Part shown: positions 37,422-48,979 of the stretch, one piece after another | Layout of the letters: every line of letters starts with the position of its first letter | How positions within the stretch are numbered: position 1 is the stretch's first letter | Assembly (NCBI GenBank): GCA_964016885.1 | Contig: OZ024763.1 | Location: 5,456,001 to 5,520,000 of the forward strand | Source of the DNA: Eledone cirrhosa | Lineage: Eukaryota | Direction of reading: 5' to 3' | Length of the DNA: 64,000 nucleotides | Position numbers and translations under genes: made by a program | Notes under the pieces: model-generated | What the model saw: only the letters and a program-made list of their open reading frames with translations | Databases searched by the model: none | Told to the model about the DNA's origin: nothing

Positions 37422-37975
37422 TTTATGTGTTATATTTAAAGTTTTTCAAAACTCAACATTGGTTTATAGTTGATTCGAACCTACAATTCGCCATCTACAG
37501 TCTTCCTGTTGACGTCTATATCTAGTATAGTTATATATAACACACAGACACACACACATTTATGTGTTTTATTTAAAGTTTTTCAAAACTCAACATTGGT
37601 TTATAGTTGATTCGAACCTACAATTCGCCATCTACAGTCTTCCTGTTGACGTCTATATCTAGTATAGTTATATATAACACACAGACACACACACATTTAT
37701 GTGTTTTATTTAAAGTTTTTCAAAACTCAACATTGGTTTATAGTTGATTCGAACCTACAATTCGCCATCTACAGTCTTCCTGTTGACGTCTATATCTAAT
37801 ATAGTTACATATAACACACAGACACACATTTATGTGTTTTATTTAAAGTTTTTCAAAACTCCTCATCGGTTTATAGTTGATTCGAACTTTCAATTGGCCA
37901 TCTACAGTCTTCCTGTTGACGTGTATATCTAGTATATAAATACATAACACGCACACACATTTATGTGTTTTATTT
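37383..37975. repeat. ~137-bp tandem repeat (~4.3 copies) overlapping the palindrome arm end; copy at ~50162-50755
   Basis: g(t)(c/g)tatatct unit start recurs at 37383, 37514, 37651, 37788, 37921. Confidence 0.93.
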
Positions 37976-38904
37976 GGTCGTCTTTGTGAGCAAGTCGACC
38001 GGTTACAGATGGGTTCCATGTTACTTACACAAGTTCATATTTCATTGAACTAACGTTGATTTCAACTTCGAATATTTGAACATACAATATGTAGTTACAG
38101 ATGCTTCATAAATACAACTCCTGTCATTGCGCCATTCCTATACAAAGGTTGTGTTTGTGTGAGAAAGGGAGGTCCATGTTTATATCTAGTATAGTTATGC
38201 ATTACACACAGACACACACACAAATATGCCTTTGATTATATTAAGACATTTTCATTTTTTTTTGTTAACAGTTTAATGTTTATTGGAAACCACAACGTGA
38301 TTGACAGTACTTCGAATATATTTGATCATACAGTATGTAGTTACTTCATAACTACAAAACCTGTATACATAGGAATGCGTGAAAACGTGTGTATGTGAGA
38401 TAGTTTAAAGAGGGAAATTAGTGTTTATATCTAGTATAGTGACACATAACGCACAGACACACACACGAATGTGCTTTTTAATATATTAAGACATTTTCAA
38501 ACTTTCTTCTTAAACAGTTTAGTGTTTATTCGATGCCACAACGGGATTGGCAGTACTGCACTAATGTATCGTAAATTAAATTTGCCATGCGTCATTCATA
38601 TATATGTATATATATATAACAAAGGAGTTATGGTAAGGAACTAGATGGACCATAACGCACCAGAGTACTCAATACTTAGGGTAATAGGAGATGTGTGTTT
38701 GTAGTAGGCTAAATATAAAGTCGGACATTTATTCACCATGCCTTCCTATTTCATATTGACAACGTATAATATTAATCGGGATAATATCATAAATTTTCTA
38801 CACGAACATAATGTCATCTCTATAACTACGAATTCTGAATAAACTTGTAAATGTTAATCCATTCCAAGAGGAAGTGACTATTTGGCTGCTTACAAGAAAT
38901 ATTG

Positions 38905-39075
38905 ATTTCTACAATAGGCACAAGGCCAGCAATTTTGGGGGTAAGGGAAGTCGATTAAATCGATCCCAGTGCGTTACTGGTACTTTATTTTATGGACAGC
39001 TAAAAGATGAAAAGCAAAGCTAACCTCGGCGGGATTTGAACTCAGAATTTAAAGAGACGTAACTCCACGCTGCGA
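38905..39075 (-). mobile_element. tRNA-derived SINE (copy at ~51705-51880)
   Basis: Reverse complement of SINE core: cctcggcgggatttgaactcagaa. Confidence 0.75.
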
Positions 39076-40282
39076 AGACACTAAGGGACGTAACTCTAAG
39101 ACACTAAATACATCAGAAACTTTCAACAAAATCATAATGTAAACGTAAACCATTGAAAATATATATCTGCAGCATATGTATGATTAAAATAGATATGAGC
39201 AAATAAATTGTGAATCATTAAACTCTACTTTTGTGGCTTTATTTATATCGTGAAATGTTGTCAGACATTAAATTGTGGCTATGATTGTCTTTACATTAGA
39301 GTGTTTGATTCAAATCTTTTTGTGTGTGAGTGTTGTAGATTTGATGCTATGGAGGTCTGTTCAGCAATAATGAAACTTTAATCGTTTTTTTTTTTAAGAA
39401 CATTAACTTATTTAAAAAAATTCTTTTTAGATTATTCGTACCTCCTGAATATGGTTACTTTCGATACTGACTCCCTGCCTTGATTATTGGTTCTGGCATT
39501 GCTGTTCTGGGCGGCTTAAATTTAATCCATAAGATCACAAGAATCTAAAAATGAAATGTTGCATACAGACAGACGTTACGTTTATCCTAGGTATTTTGAC
39601 AAATGTCTCGATGTCCATTGTTTTGAAAAATAGTACAATAAAGAAATGCCATCATCTAGTAATCCTTGATAATAATCCAGTGTTGTTGCAGCCATGGTAA
39701 ATGGTAAGAAAAAACAAAAATAAAAGACACATTCAGCAGTTAATGCAGTGAAAACAAACAATAAAAATATAATTACTAAATAAAAATAATTCCTTACTTT
39801 CATTCATTTGTTTTTGTTATCGTTTTTAAATATAATTAAAATTTGTTTAATAAGTTATTTTTCATTACAATTATATACATATTATAATTATATGTATATT
39901 ATATTATATAGGAATCAGGTTTATCAATTTACGAGAACGTCGCATCAAGTTCAAATCTTTCTCCCACACAATACTTAGGTATGGCAGATTTGAAGTTAGT
40001 AGAGATTATTGCAGATAGTCAATGTAGGTTCAAATAAACCCTAGAGCTATGAATAACAAAAGCAAGTTATAATTTAAAAGGGGTCAACATTGGGTTTTAA
40101 TTATCTGGGGCTTTGATAAAACATAACTAGATTCAATTTGTCATCTTTTAAGGGTTGATTTCCTTGATTTCACAACAATCTGATCTGCCGTGCCCCTAAA
40201 TATATGTGTGTGTTGTAGAATTGATGCGACAGTGATGTGCTCAGCAAATATTTCTCCCCAATTCTGTCATCCCACAATCATT

Positions 40283-40369
<87 letters not shown>

Positions 40370-41524
40370 ACACATACGTGAGTAAGTGTGTGTCTGTATG
40401 ATTTAAACGGACAACAACGCTATATACATCATATCTCTGTTAACAATTAAATAATTAAATAAAAGTAATTCTACAATCCCAGCTAAAGACGGAAACACAC
40501 ACTACACATTATAGCAATAACCACGACATAACAGTTTCTTGTTAAATATAGTCTATTGCAATTGTTGGTAGCACTTGAAACCCTGTCGCTCTGTCTCACT
40601 GCTGAATCATGAAGGACAGGGCCTCGGAAAATGTTGGGGGGGGGGGGAGAGTAATATATCCAGGTTTGGTTCATCTCTCCGATTTACACGGTATATAAAT
40701 GATGTTTACCACTGTCGAGTACTTACCAGTCTTACTAAACACTGTCAGTTAGCTTTGTGCAGCGGTTAAAGAAAGTCGTGTTATTTTTTTCCCCTTCACA
40801 TACATTTTTTATACAACAGATAACAATACACACGAGAAAGAATCACACAGAATGTAAGTCTTTGAAAATAAAAATGTTATTACATTAGAACAAAATCCTA
40901 AATTAATATAGAACGTGGAATGAAGGAAGCAACAAAATGAATTAATTTGAGACAAGCTGGTGATTATAAGGACAAATGACTTAATCTTCAACAGTATACA
41001 ATTGAAATTAGAAATTGATTGAAATGGAACCTTTACAGAGACATCTAGCAGTAATATTTGGAATATAAGACAAACCAAATTTTGAAGAAAAATGTCTGAT
41101 GTGTCAATATATCAAATTTAACCTGTTTACAACAAAAGTGTCAACACCAGTAAATAAAGCGGTGTCTTAATCAAATGTAGACACACGGACGAATTACGAA
41201 TAATCTAAACTTATTGTTATATTTTGGGGCAATATGAGGACAACACGACCTTCCCCGAATATAACAATATCTCTTTCAACACACGATTTCATATTTTTAA
41301 AAAAACCTTCAAAACAAATAATGCCGTTAATCTAAATTTAGTTTTATAAAAAGTAAACAATATTTGAAGAAAAACAAACAGTATTAAATGATTTGAAACA
41401 AACAGACGAAAGCAAAGACAATCACAGCCATATTTTAATGTGTGACGATAGCAGTAAACAAGGCAATGTCTTAATTAAACGTAGACACACACAAGTTACG
41501 AATAATCTAAACTTAATGTTATAT

Positions 41525-42790
41525 TTGGGGAGGGTCATGTTGTCCTAATATTGCGAAAAAATAGGACCTGCGAAGATTGGAAAGAAATGAAGCCTCCATA
41601 CTTCGATGGATGTGTAATAGCAATATACGCAAATGACAAAGCATTAATGAAATACGCGATAAATTAGACATAAGAGGGATCAGATGTTGTGTGCAGGAGA
41701 GGAGATTGTGTTGGTAAGGATATGTGATGCGTATAAAGGATGCCAACTGTATAAAAAGATGCAGAGTACTCAAAGTTGGTGGTAGCCATGGAGTAGGCAG
41801 GCCTAGGAAAACTTGGGATGAGGTAATAAGAGCTGACCTTTCACAATTACACCTCACAGGACCATCACCTCTGGTGTTGTGAAGTATTACAGAAGACCCG
41901 CCCTCTATACTTAGCTGGCAACACCATTCCCTACCATCTCTCCTCTCATAAACCTCTTTTGTACCTACGTCCCCAATTTCCCAAAGCATATTCTCTACCC
42001 CTCCCAAGTTTCCCAACTCCTCTATAAAGTGATCCCCCACCCCTGGAGTCACACCAAAAGAGTCCAGCCCACACTGTAGTGGTCATATAGGTGTCATGAC
42101 AAAAGTGAGCGTTCAGTCTACACTGTAAAGTGGTCGTGTAGGCGAGCAGCAAAACACACCCAGTACACACTGTAAAGTGGTCGTGTAGGCGAGCATCAAA
42201 ACACACCCAGTACATACTGTAAAGTGGTCGTGTAGGCGAGCAGCAAAACACACCCAGTACACACTGTAAAGTGGTCGTGTAGGCGAGCATCAAAACACAC
42301 CTAGTACACACTGTAAAGTGGTCGTGTAGGTGAGCAGCAAAATACACCCAGTACATACTGTAAAGTGGTCATGTAGGCGAGCAGCAAAACACACCCATTA
42401 CATACTGTAAAGTGGTCGTGTAGGCGAGCAGCAAAATACACCCAGTACATACTGTAAAGTGGTCGTGTAGGCGAGCAGCAAAACATACCCAGTACACACT
42501 GTAAAGTGGTCGTGTAGGCGAGCATCAAAACATACCCAGTACACACTGTAAAGTGGTCATGTAGGTGAGCAGTAAAAAACACCCAGTACACACTGTAAAG
42601 TGGTCGTGTAGGTGAGCAGTAAAAAACACCCAGTACATACTGTAAAGTGGTCATGTATGTGAGCAGTAAAAAACACCCAGTACATACTGTAAAGTGGTCA
42701 TGTATGTGAGCAGTAAAAAACACCCAGTACATACTGTAAAGTGGTTGGCGTTAGGAAGGATGTCCAGTCGTAGAAACCAAGCCTAAATCA
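41525..42790 (+). mobile_element. Decayed RTE LINE 3' end with 47-bp tandem expansion in its 3' UTR (copy at ~54300-55375)
   Basis: RLERNEASILRWMC...GRPRKTWDEVIRADL with stops; (cactgtaaagtggtcgtgtaggcgagcagcaaaacacacccagtaca)n, ~13 copies versus ~9 in copy 2. Confidence 0.85.
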
Positions 42791-43219
42791 AGTCAGGTTA
42801 TTTTACCTATTTATCATTGTTTTACAATCATTTCAGAGGGTTGATCATATTGACATATTGTCTGATCTATAGCAGTTATATTACTGTATACTATCAGACT
42901 TCATATATAGGTTCGATCAGACCATCTCCTTATTTTCATTGTTAAATTAATACCTAATATCTGACTCTGTATCTAAGGAATTAACTCAGTGGAACACGGA
43001 ACCTTTCTATGGATTTCACTGGATTACTCGCCATCAGATTACATTGAGTTCTATCTACGGTACGGACCCTACCACCAGGGGTAGACCACATAAAAAAATA
43101 AATATATCTATATATATATATATATATACTATATATCGATTCATTTAATACATCATACAAGGGGTATATAGTATGTCAACCGTTGTATTACTCTATATAT
43201 CCACCCCACTATATTTCAG

Positions 43220-44193
43220 CATGGTTGGTTCAATATTTCCCCTACCCAGGGTGGTATATGCCATGGCAGAGGACCGAATCATTTTTGGTCAACTCTCAAG
43301 TGTGTCCGAAAGATTCAAGACCCCTCTTTTAGCAACATTGGTAGCTGGATTGTTTTCAGGTCATTCCATTTCTTTTGTTCCTTTAGGGCCATATCTGTCT
43401 GTCTGTCCGACTATTTGTTTGTCTGCTTAGATGTCCATCTGTTTGTCTCTCAGTCTATCTGATTAGCTATCTGTCTGTCTGTCTGTGTAGTTGGCTGCCT
43501 GTCTGCCTGCCTCTTTACACCACTACAACCTTTCTCTGTGATCTTGTGGCTCTAAGTTAAACTAATACTATCTCTCTCTCTATATATATATATAACATTG
43601 TGATTCCAACTTTAATACAGTCCCCCCCCTTCTCTGTAACCTTGTGACCCCAACTTTAATACAACCCCCTTCTCTGTAACATTGTGACCCCAACTTTAAT
43701 ACAGTCCCCCCTTCTCTTTAACCTTGTGATCCCAACGTTAATACAGTCACCACCACCACCCTTCTCCGTAACCTTGTGACCCCAACTTTAATACAGCCCT
43801 CTTCTCTGTAACCTTGTGACCCCAACTTTAATACAGTTACCACCACCCCCCTTCTCTGTAACCTTGTGATGCCAACGTTAATACAGCCACCCCCCTTCTC
43901 TGTAATCTTGTGACCCCAACTTTAATACAGCCCCTTCTCTGTAACCTTGAGACCCCAACTTTAATACAGCCCCCTTCTCTGTAACCTTGTGACCCCAACT
44001 TTAATACAGCCCCCTTCTCTGTAACCTTGTGACCCAACTTAATATCAAACTTTCTCTCTTTGTTCTACCTCACCCAAAACACCATCAATGTAGGTTTGAC
44101 AGCTCTCATGTTTGATCTCACTGAACTGGTGAATATGATGTCTATAGGAACCCTTCTAGCCTACACATTTGTGGCCAAGTGTGTCATCTTACG
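43220..44193 (+). pseudogene. Two orphan exons (43220-43359, 44094-44193) of a cationic amino acid transporter (SLC7A1-4/CAT family)
   Basis: SMVGSIFPLPRVVYAMAEDRIIF...KTPLLATLVAGLFS and GLTALMFDLTELVNMMSIGTLLAYTFVAKCVILR resemble CAT1 FPMPRVIYAMAEDG and LVDLMSIGTLLAY; AG/GT borders; no other CAT exons found. Confidence 0.8.
43590..44045. repeat. ~41-bp intronic minisatellite (longer in copy 2, ~56180-56797)
   Basis: (cttctctgtaaccttgtgaccccaactttaatacagcccc)n. Confidence 0.92.
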
Positions 44194-44853
44194 GTGAGTA
44201 TATCTATATATGTATATAGGTATATATGTATGTATGTATGGTCTCATATATATATATATACATACATATACATATATCATCATCGTCCTCATCATTTTTG
44301 TGTCTGTTTTTCCACGCTTGCATGGGTTAGATGGGTACTTTTAAGCACAGCATCTCTCTACTTGTCACATTCGTACATCATTTATTCTCCGAGAGAGTAA
44401 ACTAACAAGAAAATGGAACTTTAGCATCATCTGAATCATCAGCTTCCTACAATACTTTACATTTTTATCTATCTACTTATTTTGTCTCTTTTTCTCTCCT
44501 TCACTCTATCTATTTTTGTATTTTCCACTGTCGCCTCCCTTTCTTTTTGCCACTGTTACTACTGTTACTTCCGCTTTCTTATCACCTACTGCAATCACAG
44601 CAAGCAATCACAGACATTTAGTAATATAGAGATAGATTGGCTCTTAACGTCCTGTCCCACATGAAACCACATTAGCAAAATATTGCTTAAACATATAAAA
44701 TAACATTATTACTGTATCACATTAATAAATATTGAAGTTTTTACTTTTATACAACAAATTTTCGCAATGATCTGTACCCTAGTAAAGATGCTATAAACAT
44801 TTGAATTAACAAACCACATAAACCCCATTAGCAAGACATTCTTGAAAAGTAGA

Positions 44854-47800
44854 AAACAGTATTATGATAGCATGACATTAAATATTAAAGTCTTTATTCT
44901 ATCACTGCAAATATTCACAATGATCTATCCACTAGTAAAGATAGTGTAAACCAGAGGTTGTCAAACTGTTTGGGCCACTACCCCGCCCCCTCACGGTCAT
45001 GTAATACACTCAGCACGTCCCCAACCATATTTACAGAGAGACTTACCTACACACAAATTGTAAATAATATATAATAAATGAAATCGTTAATTTATATATA
45101 ATAATATAATATAATATATACTATGTATAAATAGATATTATATATTTTATATTTTACTATATTTATATATAATATGTATCATTTGATATTTAATATACTA
45201 TTATATCATATCTACCGCCACTGTAGGCCCCCAGCGTCCACTCAGACCTTCTCAATGTCCCCACTTAGTGCCCATTTTGAGAACCTCTGCTGTAAACATT
45301 CGAATTAACAAACCTCTTTATAGATATTTTCTGACTAAATCATTAGAGGAGGTGAAGATCTTGTTTTCTCTTGTTCATTATATTTTCTTGTTTCTTTGTG
45401 TCTCTTGTTTTGTTTTCTGGAGTTTTAGATATAAAGTCAAGGCTTTCAAAGGTGAGGAAACTGAGATAAAACCAGAAGGTGATAATGGGGATTTCAAGTA
45501 AGTTGACAGATTTCTCAGATTTGTGGAATTGTTGTGGTATTTGGCGAGGTTTTTGTAGGATTTTTGTGGAATTTTTGTGGGATTTTTGTAAATCTTTCTG
45601 GATCTGCCTTGATTTTGTAGATTTTGTGGATCACAAAAATCTTGTACAACTGTATAACAACAATAGACATACACATATTCTAATAAGTGTAATACTTGTA
45701 CTTAATTCAGCCTTCTTTTCTTCCATCACTCATGAACACAGCCCCGAGGTACTTGAACTTCTCTTTCTGCTTCAGTGAAACTCCATTCACATGTAGAACA
45801 TTATGATTGGTTTTTTTTTTTTTGGTTGGGGGGAGAATGATTAAAATGCCAGACGGCTCCTAAAATATCTAAAAGCCTTGGTGACCCCAGTATGGGTTAG
45901 TATGCCCTTCACTACTCTAATGTCCATGAGGGTCTGATAGGGAAGGAGTAAATGCTATATACCCCAGCCTCATTCCCATGAAAAGCTGATTAAGGAAGCA
46001 CCATTCCTCTCTGCCCCCCCCCCCCCCCCCACACACGCACACACACTTTTTCCTTGACAGTTGATGAGTCTTTAATAAAAATTGAAACTAATCAGATTGA
46101 TCTTTTATTATTATTATTATCCAGAGCCATAATAAATCAAATGAAAAATATATATGTATATATAGAGAGAAAGAGCCATATACCTTAGAGGAAACATAGT
46201 ATATTGTATATATACTAAATATATATATTCAGATAGGAATATGTACTTACGGTGGAGTCATTAGAGAGACCTTATAGCACTATTTCATATTCTGTAGAGT
46301 GTGGTTGAAAATCAATCTATGTAATCGATCATCGAAGACAAACTATCAATTATAATTAAACCACAGGAGACTCAGAATTATCATCAGAGGTTATAGTCTC
46401 AGAATTCTAAGAGAAATATAGAATCAAAATACAATATACTTGCCAATATCCATAGAGACTGCTAACGTAACCACCATGTTGAAGACCACGTGGTGTCATC
46501 ATCATCATTTTACGTCTGCTTTTCCCTGCATTCTTTCCACTAGAGATAGGTGTGGAAATTATAGTCACCCCATCTCAACAAGAGATTTGGAGCTGTTATA
46601 TACAAATGTAATGATTCAAAACATCAAATATGTTAGAATGTTGTGTTTCTTGATAAACAAGCTCAATATATATAAATCATCATCATCATCATCATCACAC
46701 GTCCGTTCTTCCACGCTAGCATGGGATAGATGGGTTGTCCTGTTGTGGGCAGTGTCCGGTCGGCTGACCATGCCTTGCTCATACGGGAACTGATTCTGGC
46801 TTGATTTCTACAGCTGGATGCCCTTCAAACACCAACCTCATTTACAGTGAGTGTTGGTTGCTTTTTTTCCGTGGTGCCTATACGTCATATATATATATAT
46901 AGTGGCAGACTGGGTCTAAAAATATTGGTTGCCAGGAGATAAATGGGACCCACCCACATATAGAATGCTATCATTTAATTTTAATAATGAATAAATAACA
47001 TTTTCAAAAAATACATCAGTGAAAACAAAACATTGCAATCAAATTTTTGCAGGAAAAAAATGTGTATTTTTTACTAATTATAGTGTATATATACTGTACA
47101 TATTACTGGTAGTATACAGCAAACCCCTCGTGTTGGATGCCACTTGCACCGACACCTTCTGCAGCTGCAACCTGGTGCAGTCTGCGACTGACCCAGGTTC
47201 TGCTGCACGTTGGGAAGAAACGTAAAAGCGTTACCTCAGAGCAAGGCCAGAGACACCTGCTACAATAGTCGCCCCTCCTCACGAGTCTCCTGCCGTCTTT
47301 CCTCCCGACTTTATGGAGGAAATCAGCAGTACGGGGACCAAGTATGGCAGAGGTCTCAATGGAGTGGAAGAGGTGAGTCAGGCCTCGGTACTATCTTACT
47401 CTCCTCTGCATTGCGGGGTGTGGAGCCTAGGTTTGTGGCTGTAGCGATATTTGAACTTTTATATGAAATTTCAGTTTTATATTTTTCACATCTTAAAACT
47501 TAATCTTAGTCTTTTGCAGCTCATCTTGTTTCATCTCGCAGCACACGATGTGAGAACCAAGACATAAAAACTATTTCAAGGGATCGACATCTGTAAAAAG
47601 GTTGAAAAACGCTGCTCAATGTTCTTTGGTTTTTGTTCACCTTTAAATAATCATGTATAAACTATCGGGTGTTATCTTGCAGGGACTAGCTCCAATTGAG
47701 AGTTGTACCAATTCCCACTAAACTCCTGGACAATATATATATATCTTTATAAGTTCCTGTGTATTGCGTCGCTGTATAATGAAAGATAAACATATACCAT

Positions 47801-48945
47801 GCATATCAGTCAGGTTTGAACTCACTATATTTGGTGTTTTATAGATATAATTTGTTTGTTAAAATAATTGATTAAATAATAACTAAATAAAATTATTCTA
47901 CAATCCTGGGTAGGGAATGAACTTATAACTTCATAATAGAAGCCACATATTTAAGCAGTCTTGCCAACTAAGCCACCAGGTTACTTACAGAACTTCATTC
48001 AAATATAAAGTATTTTAATTTAAATTTAAATTTAAATAAATAGATACTTATTTATATGATTGTCAATATAAATGCCGCAGAACATACACGCACACATATA
48101 TGAAAGCAAGCTTGTTTTGAAACCGCGATCGAAGTTTGAAACAGATTATGACTATATATCGCCAGACATAGTGAGTTCGAATCTTACTGACTAGTTGGTC
48201 ATTGTCCCAGGCAACAGTTTAAATCGCCAACCGGTAGGTGATATCGACTAGGTTGGGAAAACTTGGTTAAGTAGCTCCAGCTATTGCTACGTTAGACATA
48301 TTCAAGACTTATCGACCCCGAATGGTAGAAAGGTAAAGAACTGGAAAAAATACTGCAAAGAATTCTATCTGATGTTCTAACAATTCTACCAAATTACCTT
48401 ATATATATATATTTATATCTAGAGATAAGAAAAAAACTGGGGAAAAAAAAAAAAAAAAAGCATGAAACCCTATATGTAACCCATGACCAGGATTGAACCC
48501 CAAACAAGGACCTCCACCATCTCTGGTATCTCACACCAGACCATCATGAAGACTACAAAAATCTGCTGAATTTAATATTTATAAGCCTACTTTCAATATT
48601 AAAGTAATTAGCATGTGGTGTTGTTCATGCCTTTCTTAATTTAATTGGTAAAAAATAAAGTATTTAAACCTCAAATTTTGTTATTCAAATATGTTTACTT
48701 ATGTAATTATAAATGTCACAGATTACACACACATATATATATATGTGAAAATATTCAGGACCCCAACGGCTGTGCTAGTGCCGTTTCGACATCTATATAT
48801 ATATCTTTTAGTCGTAGGCTCTTTCAGAATTCTCTAATGATCACAACCAGCTAATGGTGCCCAGTGGAAGCACTTTAGTCTAATTATAACCCCAACGATT
48901 ACGATTAGCGGCGGCTTTTTCGAGTCTGTGCCAAGTGAGGTAAAC

Positions 48946-48979
<34 letters not shown>

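Larger units (their letters stand above)
32098..44853 (+). repeat. ~12.75-kb tandem segmental duplication, copy 1
   Basis: cagtattatgatagcatg at 32101, 44857 and 57612; colinear near-identical sequence. Confidence 0.95.

Noticed and set aside
37500-37530. Helitron 3' terminus (hairpin plus CTAG) in the 137-bp repeat
   Set aside because: Only a 3-bp stem precedes CTAG; too weak
39440-39803. Possible small minus-strand gene (MAATTLDYYQGLLDDG...) with a short intron-like gap
   Set aside because: Stops in the downstream frames and no recognisable family; cannot be supported without a search
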